DNA of 58,711 nt, filler included, from Sphacelaria rigidula (Eukaryota): assembly GCA_964200075.2 (NCBI GenBank). It is 9 parts of 9 records of this genome, joined end to end, with 100 filler letters (N's around TTAATTAATTAA, not from the genome) between each part and the next. Parts side by side here need not be neighbours in the genome. Positions count along the whole stretch, not along the records: positions 45,744 to 52,177 come from CAXNAA020020089.1; positions 52,278 to 58,711 come from CAXNAA020020090.1; 7 more parts are not named here. One strand, written 5' to 3'. This document shows, in pieces, positions 49,900 through 58,711 of this stretch (the stretch's first letter is position 1; every line of letters starts with the position of its first letter). Both the position numbers and the translations under genes were made by a program. A model generated the notes under the pieces. That model saw only the letters and a program-made list of their open reading frames with translations, was not told where the DNA came from and made no database searches.

Positions 49900-52100
49900 A
49901 GATCTAAACATCACTGCTCTACTTTGCAGATTGCAACAACATCGGAATCTATCGATCCAACCGTCATCGAGAACATCCCGCGACGACCGACAGCGCTGCC
50001 ACTCGGAGACCCGCCGATCCGGAATGAAGCTGAAGAGGCACTGAAAGATTCGGGCGATGCCAAAGCGATGGGACCGAATGCTGGGTTACCTGCTAAACTC
50101 GTCAAGCTTGAGGTCGTCGGGGCGTTTATCGGGATTATGTTCCACTTCAACAACACGATGGTTATCGTGTGAACATTTGGCGAGGTGCTGTCGGCGTGGA
50201 AAGACGCCAGCACCGAAGTGCTACACAAGTACGGGATAGGAGTGCGTGTGGCTAAGAACGGGGCATTTCCCCCGTAGCGCATGCTGGTAAAGTTCTACTC
50301 AAGATCGTAGCTAACAGGCTCCGCAGTTTCTGCGAGGACGCAGGGATTTCGCCGGAAACAGTGGCCAATGCTACGGTAGGGGTGCACGTTTTGCGCGAAA
50401 TCTTGTCTAGTTCAAGGGCTCCTCACGATTCTAGATGCACAAGAATATGGTCAGGACATCCCCGTTTGCGAACTCATTCGGGATATCCCCAGCACATTGG
50501 AATAGTAATCCTGGCGTACTCTCACATATTTTCATAAGTCGTGTTTCGGATGAGATCAAGGGCTCCTAACAATTGTAACCTCAGAAACTATTTGTGCACC
50601 CCGACCGTAGCATCACTCCGCCGTGTGGGTTCCGGCGCAACCGACCGTCCAACGACATGATGTTCGCGGTACGCCCACTGCAGGAGTTGGGACGGCCGAG
50701 CCACATTCACGCACCATTTAACAGCCGATCATCGAAACTAGGGACGGAGCTTGTCATTGAGGATGAGAACCCCGGAGAAATAAAATATTCTTGTCCGCAC
50801 CAAATCTTCGAAATATGGTCCCATTCCTTCATCGACCATAAGCTGTTGACAACTACTACACGCCATACAAATTTGGATTCTGATAACGGACATGTTGGGG
50901 TCCTAAGTGAAAAAAACAACTTTGGGGAATTTCGGCGATCCTATCGGATCACCTACATTTCTAGAGCTCGGAAATGGTACCAGTTGTAACTGGCCATTAT
51001 CATTATAATGGAAATAGTGGTGATGGTTATATGTTTTTTTTCCGATAATGGTTTCAAACCATTATTTACCGTTACCGGCTTTATAAGCCGTTACCGGCTA
51101 CGTTTGCTATATACAGCCCACTTTGAAGTACGTTTTTAGCTCTGGTGGAGCCAAATCGAGTGAAACCGTGCCCCCGGCACGGCGTCTCCAGCGGGGCCCC
51201 CTCTGCCGGGATGTACTCATGATCATGCCGTGGGGGGGCTCTTTGGCTCGCGGCCGCGCCGCTCGATAACCAAGCCATTACGTACCATTTAAGTGGTCAA
51301 TGAGTGCGCTACGCGTAACCATCCAACCGATTGATGGTTAGACAAACCATTTCCGAGCTCTATAAATTTCCCAATTTTTTTTAGATCTGGTTTACCTGTC
51401 GCCGAACAGAGTTCGGGGGCAGACACGACCATTGTCTTGAATATGGTTCATCTACATGATGCGCCAAAGTAAGGATGGCAATTCCGTAAAAGAAAAGACG
51501 CTGCAAAGGGTGAGTCTCGCGGTGCGGAAAACGCTCCACGCGGATGACGTAGACAACGCCTCAAGGTCCCGTCATGGGCTTGCTAGGGCGATGGCTGTGA
51601 TAGTGGTGCTCTGCCAGAGTTTCGGACGACCGGTACCGGGGAACACGATAGAGTCCGTGCACCTGTGGTCAGGAACTCAGCTAGCTAGAGGCCGTGCTGT
51701 ACGACAAGGTGGCAGATGAGCGATATCGGAAGATCGTCGAGCTTGTCTGCCTTGGTGTTATCAGCGTGGACGTGACTCTTTATATCGAAGTCGAGCGTGC
51801 GTTAGCGCTGCGTGGGCACGCCTCCGCAGAGTTCCACACTCTACGATCGGCACAATACGCTGCTCTTTCTCAAACTCAGGCTGCGTAGATTTGGGGATGG
51901 TGGAAGCTACGTTGTACAGGTTTTCCACGTGAACGCTGCGCCCAGAGGACTTCGGAAGCCTGGGCACTGTCTGCCAGAACCTCCTGCTGCCTTCAGTTGG
52001 CTTCCACTGGAAGGATCGTAAGGGACAGAAAGAAGACTCTGACGTACAGAGCTATGCTGAAGCTGGCCCATTGCGAGCGTATCGAAATGGCCGTATGAAT
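49900..52100 (+). mobile_element. Degenerate RTE-clade LINE reverse-transcriptase region, interrupted by insertions
   Basis: Remnant motifs [34 protein letters not shown]...DMMFAVR.LQELGR and LHADD, with many stops and frameshifts. Confidence 0.8.
50962..51362. mobile_element. hAT-type MITE (TAGAGCTCGGAA family), copy 2, opposite orientation
   Basis: Perfect 17-bp TIRs tagagctcggaaatggt / accatttccgagctcta. TSD tacatttc/taaatttc (7 of 8 match). Confidence 0.9.
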
Positions 52101-52873
52101 AATTATTCCCGCCCCCCCCCCCCCCCCCCCCCCCGCAGCCTCGCGCCCGCCCCGCCCGGCGTCCGGGACGAGGGGGGNNNNNNNNNNNNNNNNNNNNNNN
52201 NNNNNNNNNNNNNNNNNNNNNTTAATTAATTAANNNNNNNNNNNNNNNNNNNNNNNNNNNNNNNNNNNNNNNNNNNNACTCTCGAAAAAGGCCGAGATCG
52301 AGAGACCGCAAGGAAGAGCGGATGGAGAAGTAAGGAGTGGACGGGTAAAGTACTAGCTAGTAGTGCCGGTATTCGGAGTCCGTAGCGATGTGACGAGGAT
52401 AGAGTTTGAAAGGGATGCAATCAAGTTGGAATACACTGTTTAGGAAGAGGAAACGTATAAAGGGAGGGAGAACACTTTCGAGTCACGCTAAAACAGAGCG
52501 CGAGCAAGGATTGGGAAAGGATAGAGACAAGAAAGGTGTCGGGATGGGTTCGAAGGGTAGAGTGGAGGGTATGCATAGCTAATGGAACGACAAACCTAAC
52601 CCGTAGTCCACGGGTGAACGGAGGAAAAAAGAAGCAGGAACCAGTGAGTTCCCGGAAGGAAAAGGAGAGGGGACACGGCGGCCCTATGCAAATAGACAAA
52701 GACCAAACCGGGAACGGGAAGAAGAACCAAGCAAGGGAAAATATGAAAAAAAACACAACGGATAGAGGAAAGTAGACAACAAAAGAGTGAGTAACGATTC
52801 GGAAAGCAAGTCAAGAAGAGGATCGTGGAACGTGTGTGGGTTCGCCACAGATAAGCGCAAAATAATAGAGATA

Positions 52874-53469
52874 CAAGCTGGGCCAGCTTAAAAGCGGCTA
52901 AAACTTGCTCACACCACAGCTACCCCAGTTTCCCGAATGAACTCGATGTAAGCATATCACTGTGAAGTGTAGACCAACCTGGTGACACACGGCACCGCCG
53001 CTGAATGAAGAAAACAAATGAAACAAATGTACTGCATAATGTATGACCTTAACGACGGACGAAAAAAAGAAGAGAATCTGTCGGGATTCGAACTTATGAC
53101 CTCCATAATTGGAGCCTCCCATCACTTGATTTATAGGGGTGCAGCAGCGTCACGGAAGATGTTGAACGCACGGCCCAATTCGACGCTCTTGACCTGAAAG
53201 TTTAGGTAGACCTTTTGGACGTAAGGAACTGATACTTCACATTAGTAGCTGCAGATTCTCCTTTTATTCCTGGACTAATCGCATCATCTTGTTTTTGCTG
53301 AAATTTTGAATGCCCATAACTTTATTTGTTTATTTTTCTTTGCTGCTCACGTGATCTTCTGCATTTCGATCATAAAAGGCTGCTGTCAAAATGTCAGCGT
53401 CCAACTCCTAATATCGCGCCGTGCGTCGCCTGAGCGAGATTCACACCTACTCTTGGCTGGCCCAGCTCG
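52874..53469. mobile_element. Tc1/mariner-type MITE (CGAGCTGGGCC family)
   Basis: TA|caagctgggccagc ... gctggcccagctcg|TA, 596 bp. Confidence 0.85.
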
Positions 53470-53684
53470 TAGCCCAACAAGTAAGTGACCGCGACCTAGA
53501 TATAGTGGGAATCCAAGAGTTATGGGAAAAAGAGGGGGCGGAAATAGGAGGCAAAGTTGAAGAGTAAGCATGGACAGGGGAAAAGCGGAAGGGACAGAAC
53601 CCCAAGAGCAGGGGAGCGGGAGGAATAGGATGCTTAGTCAAGGAATACCTGTATGACATTGCAGAAATGATCACACGTCGGACA

Positions 53685-55255
53685 GATGAGCTCCCTATAG
53701 CTCGAGCTAGCTCTTCTTGAGCGTAGCTCCCTAGTGAGCTATGAGAGCTGCATGAGCTACGCATGTTTTCCTCGGGTGAGCTATGAGCGCTACATGAGCT
53801 ACGCATGTTTTCCTCGGGTGAGCTATGGGAGCTGTATGAGCTACGCACGTTTGCGAAAGGTGAGCTACTAACCCGAAACTCATCAGCTCATATTCGTCCT
53901 GCGTGAGCTATGAGAGNNNNNNNNNNNNNNNNNNNNNNNNNNNNNNNNNNNNNNNNNNNNNNNNNNNNNNNNNNNNNNNNNNNNNNNNNNNNNNNNNNNN
54001 NNNNNNNNNNNNNNNNNNNNNNNNNNNNNNNNNNNNNNNNNNNNNNNNNNNNNNNNNNNNNNNNNNNNNNNNNNNNNNNNNNNNNNNNNNNNNNNNNNNN
54101 NNNNNNNNNNNNNNNNNNNNNNNNNNNNNNNNNNNNNNNNNNNNNNNNNNNNNNNNNNNNNNNNNNNNNNNNNNNNNNNNNNNNNNNNNNNNNNNNNNNN
54201 NNNNNNNNNNNNNNNNNNNNNNNNNNNNNNNNNNNNNNNNNNNNNNNNNNNNNNNNNNNNNNNNNNNNNNNNNNNNNNNNNNNNNNNNNNNNNNNNNNNN
54301 NNNNNNNNNNNNNNNNNNNNNNNNNNNNNNNNNNNNNNNNNNNNNNNNNNNNNNNNNNNNNNNNNNNNNNNNNNNNNNNNNNNNNNNNNNNNNNNNNNNN
54401 NNNNNNNNNNNNNNNNNNGTTGAATCGGCTCCAATTTCACTTGAATAATGTGTGCATGACGAGATGGACTCATACCCTCGCGGCCAACCGATCAAAAGAA
54501 ATGAATCGGTCGATTATTGTAGACACAGAATACTAATACTTTCTTTAACCATCCGACCAAGCGAACGAGGATATGTGTTGGCTTCTCTTCTTCCTATCGC
54601 GAAGAGTGAGGCAAAAAATCACAACCTCATGATATGTGGCGCCATCCTTTCGAACTAGAATGTTACATCAGAAGCGACACGGGGTTGGCCAGCGGCGAGC
54701 TAGGCATATGACGTGAGTGAGCCACGACCGTGTGTCCCTGGGGTGAGCTACCGGACGTAGCTCATCCGCTCATGTTTTCCCCGGGTGAGCTACAAGAAGA
54801 GCTGCGTGAGGTACACATGTTTGCCTTGGGTGAGCTATCGAGCGTAGCTCATCCGCATATGTTTCCCCTGGGTGAGCTTTCAACCCGTAGCTCATCAGCT
54901 CATATTCGCCCTGAGTGAGCTATGGGAGCTGTATGATCTACACACGTTTGCGATATGTGAGTCACCAACCCGTAGCTCATCAGCTCAGCTTCGTCCTGGG
55001 TGAGCTTTGAGAGCTGCATGAGCTACGCGTGTTTCCCCTGGGTGAGCTACCAACCCATAGCTCATCAGCTCATGTTCGCCCTGGGTGAGCTATGAGAGCT
55101 GCATGAGCTACGCATGTTTGTCCTGGGTGAGCTACCAACTCGTAGCTCATCAGCGCAAGTTTACCTTGTGTTGAGCTATCGGACGTAGCTCACGCGTACA
55201 TGTTTGACTGCAAGTGAGCTACCGCCCGCAGATGAGCTAGCTCATGAGCTGTTCT
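53685..55255. repeat. TGAGCTA-motif tandem array (about 42-bp units) spanning an assembly gap
   Basis: gggtgagctatgagagctgcatgagctacgcatgttttcctc-like units at 53730-53915 and 54715-55250. Confidence 0.85.
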
Positions 55256-55269
55256 ACGTGTGGAAATGA

Positions 55270-56650
55270 TGGAAGACGCGAAATTCGACGAGAGTATCTG
55301 GATAAAGGTACCAAGACAGCGGGGGACGAAGGATTCATTCGTAGTAGGGAACATGTATATGCCCCCACAATCGAAGAGTAGGGTGGACGATGTACAGCTG
55401 TGGTTTGAAGAGATAGCAGCAGATGTACATTAGTATATAATGGAAGAATAAGTAATGTTAGTGGGGGACTTCAGTGTAAGGGTTGGAAACGCAGGTCAAC
55501 CGGATAATATCATTGGCCAATACGGGGAAGAGAAGAACACGAACGGGGCAGACATGCTGAAGTTCCTTCAGAACAACGAGATGAAGACGCTGAACGATAG
55601 AGCGCAAACGCCAGAGGCGCAATGGACATGAACCAGAAAATGCGAAGACGAGAGAGAACGCTTCGTTCTTGACTATATAATGGTAGAGCATGGAAATAGT
55701 CAAGAAATGGACGTACATGTATGCGCGGAGGACGTGGGAACTACAGATCGTTGCCCAATTTGGACAGAGAGCCAACACACGAGAGCGAAAAGAAGTAGGC
55801 GGGGTAGGAAGCTGTACAAATAGAGAAAAGAAAAACTAGAAAGGGATGAACAAGAGCAGGTGTCCCAAGAGGAGATGGCAAAAAGTGTAATGATATCTCC
55901 ATAGCTCTTGGAAGTCGTAGGTACAGCTGATACCGAAATGAAAAGGGATCAGGCAAGAGCGAAAATTATAGGAGGATGGGAGCAGTTGGTCAAGAACACG
56001 GTGAGTGAAGTCATAAGGAAGAAACTGCTCGTATGCAACAGAGCAGTAAAATGGTGGGATGAGGAAGTAAAATAGACTGTAAAGGAAAGGAAAGAGAGGC
56101 CAACGCAAGATGCATATCGAGTAAAAGTACCGTACGATGGTAGGAGTATACTAAATCTTGGAGGTAAGTAAAATATGTGGTGGGGGAAGCGAAAGAAGGG
56201 AGTGTGGGAAGATGTAGTGATGATCATGGGAAACCAGGCGGCGGGAAAAATGGACAAGGAGATGGACACAATGCGGGCACTGAACGGTGAAATGGTCAGT
56301 AGTACGAAGAAGGTAAAAGTGCTAGTCGAAAGATACCTTGAATGAGCAACACCAAAATCTGACACAACGTTCGACACGGAACTCGAAATAAAAACCAACG
56401 CGTGGGCAGAGGCAAATGTAGACACGTCGAAACGGGACGGTAGTGGCTCCAAAGATTTGCAGAGAGAACCTGGCAGAGATGAAGTAAAGGAGTATGTAGC
56501 TAAACTCAAGAAGAGAAGGGAAGCAGGGGCAGAGGAAGTAGTGAAAGGATTTCTGAAGTACGGGGGAGAGGGGATGATTGCTATGATGGGTTATGCTCTA
56601 TATTGCTGGGAAAACGAGTACACACTCAAGAGGTGGAGAAAAGGAGTAGT
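55270..56650 (+). mobile_element. Degenerate LINE ORF2 (APE endonuclease to start of RT)
   Basis: ESIWIKV...VGNMYMPP, LVGDF.VRVG, NTNG..MLKFL, DYIMV, TD, KWWDEEV and EEVVKGFLKYGGE...WRKGVV, with multiple stops. Confidence 0.8.
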
Positions 56651-56671
56651 ACCTCACCTTTCACAGGCATC

Positions 56672-56990
56672 GTAGGTGAGGTAGGTACCCGGCACCGGTA
56701 TTTGGGGTATCTCATACGCTGTACCCTTCCGATACCGGTCCAATCTGGTCTTTTGAAATGGCATACCTCCGATACCAGGGTATTTCGAGATTTCAATACC
56801 TCCCGTACCCGCCAAATCCGGTATTTTGAAATGGCATATTCACGATACCAAGGTATTTCGAGATTTCATCACCTCCCGTACCCGCCAAATCCGGTAATTT
56901 GAAATGGCATATTCACGATACCCACGCATACCACGGTATGGGATACCCCGGTGAGTACCGAGGGTACGCTCGGTACGGTACCTCACCTAC
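56672..56990. mobile_element. TIR element with internal 73-bp tandem repeat
   Basis: gtaggtgaggta / tacctcacctac TIRs. Units marked by gaaatggcata at 56755, 56828 and 56901. Confidence 0.7.
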
Positions 56991-57303
56991 CGTACCTGGG
57001 GAACACTGTAAAACTCGTGAGCCGATATCAAGGAAGGGTGGGGATCCGCTAATTCTTGGGTTCAACGGAGGTTACCAGGTTCACACTGCTGAGGAAAAAA
57101 AATGTATTCGCCGGAAGCATACGCCAAGTCCGTGGTGTCACCGTACAACGTGCCCACTACTACTACATCCTCAAGGATCACCATTGCAAGCTCAGTTCTA
57201 CATTATGCCGAAGTCGAGACATCACAACGGGGTGTTATACCGCAACCTCGACGGTGCACAGCAATTACTGGCAAAAATGGCGATTTTTTTTTCCGAAAAG
57301 GGT

Positions 57304-57319
57304 GGTGTTGAGAAACACC
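57304..57319 (-). promoter_or_regulatory. Histone mRNA 3' stem-loop
   Basis: Minus strand GGTGTT-TCTC-AACACC followed by ACCC: 6-bp stem, 4-nt loop, about 75 nt after the H3 stop. Confidence 0.85.
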
Positions 57320-57393
57320 AGAGGTTTGTTAGGGTTTACGCACAAGCAAGTGCTCATGAACCCAAGGGGAGGCATCGTTGACTCGTGTTGCAC

Positions 57394-57831
<438 letters not shown>

Positions 57832-58175
57832 CTAGGGCTGAGAAAGGAGAGGACGTGTTTGTGTGTTGCGTGGGGGGCGGCGTGGGATGATAAAATGGGA
57901 ATTCTCCTAGATTTAGGTCATTCCTCAATTCAAAAAATGCTGCTGACTGCTGACGCTCTGATTTGTCCAAAATCCATGTTTGAACACTTGCTTGAGCTGT
58001 TTGAACCGCGAACCGGCATCACGCGTTATCTGAAACTCCCGTCATTTCCGAAAAGACGACAAAAGACACAAGATAACTGACGAAACCCAATCGCGACCCC
58101 TCCCCCACTTGTACATCACCCAAACTCTGTCAATCTCTGAAACAACGAAGAAGAACAGCAACAGCATCAACAACC

Positions 58176-58193
58176 ATGCCGACCTACAGCGAG
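58176..58193 (+). CDS. H1: Linker histone H1, exon 1
   Basis: caaccATG CCG ACC TAC AGC GAG|gtgagc = MPTYSE. Joins exon 2 to give PTYSEMV.EAI, the start of the H1 globular domain. Confidence 0.85.
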
Positions 58194-58622
58194 GTGAGCA
58201 TCGGATGAGTCACCATACAGCGCAGCACCGCAATCTGGAGTAGAATACTATAGAGCAATCTGGAATAGGAGTACTTTTGTACCGTGTGTGCTGTGCGTTA
58301 CTATGCTGTAGCACGACTCTGAGGAGACGTCCGAAGTTTGATCCTGTCATGCATTCGACCTACCCAAGTCGCAGCCGGGTTCTATACTGTACAACCTGGT
58401 GGGGTAGTTACACCCCCACAGTACAGCGCGGTACAGGGCGGTAGTTTACCACGTAGGTTACGCAGTAGGACATCGCAGGACATGTCCGCGTGCAGGTTGC
58501 TGAGCAGGGTGTCACGTCGCCGCGGAGCTCCTCTTCCCGATTGTATGCGAAATAGTATTCGAATGCGGAAATAAGATTCGCCACCTTAACTCGCGTGCAT
58601 TCAAATCTCGCCAATGGCTCAG

Positions 58623-58711
58623 ATGGTGTTCGAGGCCATCAAGGCCCTCAAGGAGCGTAACGGCTCCAGCCTCGCAGCTATCAAGAAGTACATGGTCACC
58701 ACCCACCCCGA
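58623..58711 (+). CDS. H1: Linker histone H1, exon 2 (truncated by window end)
   Basis: cag|ATG...: MVFEAIKALKERNGSSLAAIKKYMVTTHP, the H1/H5 winged-helix motif L.ER.GSS..AIKKY. Confidence 0.93.
   Translation, partial: MVFEAIKALKERNGSSLAAIKKYMVTTHP

Noticed and set aside
48997..50172. 391-aa ORF
   Set aside because: Reads through an antisense SINE into a LINE remnant. Not a coherent gene.
53883..54536. Long ORFs of X residues
   Set aside because: They span the N gap at 53917-54418.

Overview
Eukaryotic, intron-rich and repeat-rich DNA, most likely from a photosynthetic stramenopile, probably a brown alga. This rests on the H3 motif [10 protein letters not shown], an ASAFAP-like plastid presequence and long TE-filled introns; it is an inference. 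The window is not one locus. It is nine contigs of 6435 or 6434 bp joined by artificial 100-bp spacers (44N-TTAATTAATTAA-44N), so nothing can be inferred across spacers. Host genes, mostly partial: three exons of APC2/ANAPC2 (+); the first exon of a GT11-like alpha-1,2-fucosyltransferase (-) head-to-head with a plastid-targeted protein (+); three exons of a SMARCAL1/ZRANB3-type helicase (-) carrying a ~565-aa insertion with a RanBP2-type zinc finger; the last two exons of an Mpv17/PMP22 protein (-); a complete intronless histone H3 (-) with a 3' histone stem-loop, divergently paired with an intron-containing histone H1 (+). The rest is decayed Ty3/gypsy, RTE and other LINE fragments, tRNA-derived SINEs, and hAT- and Tc1/mariner-type MITEs, several with clear TSDs. 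Most short ORFs in the track are spurious.
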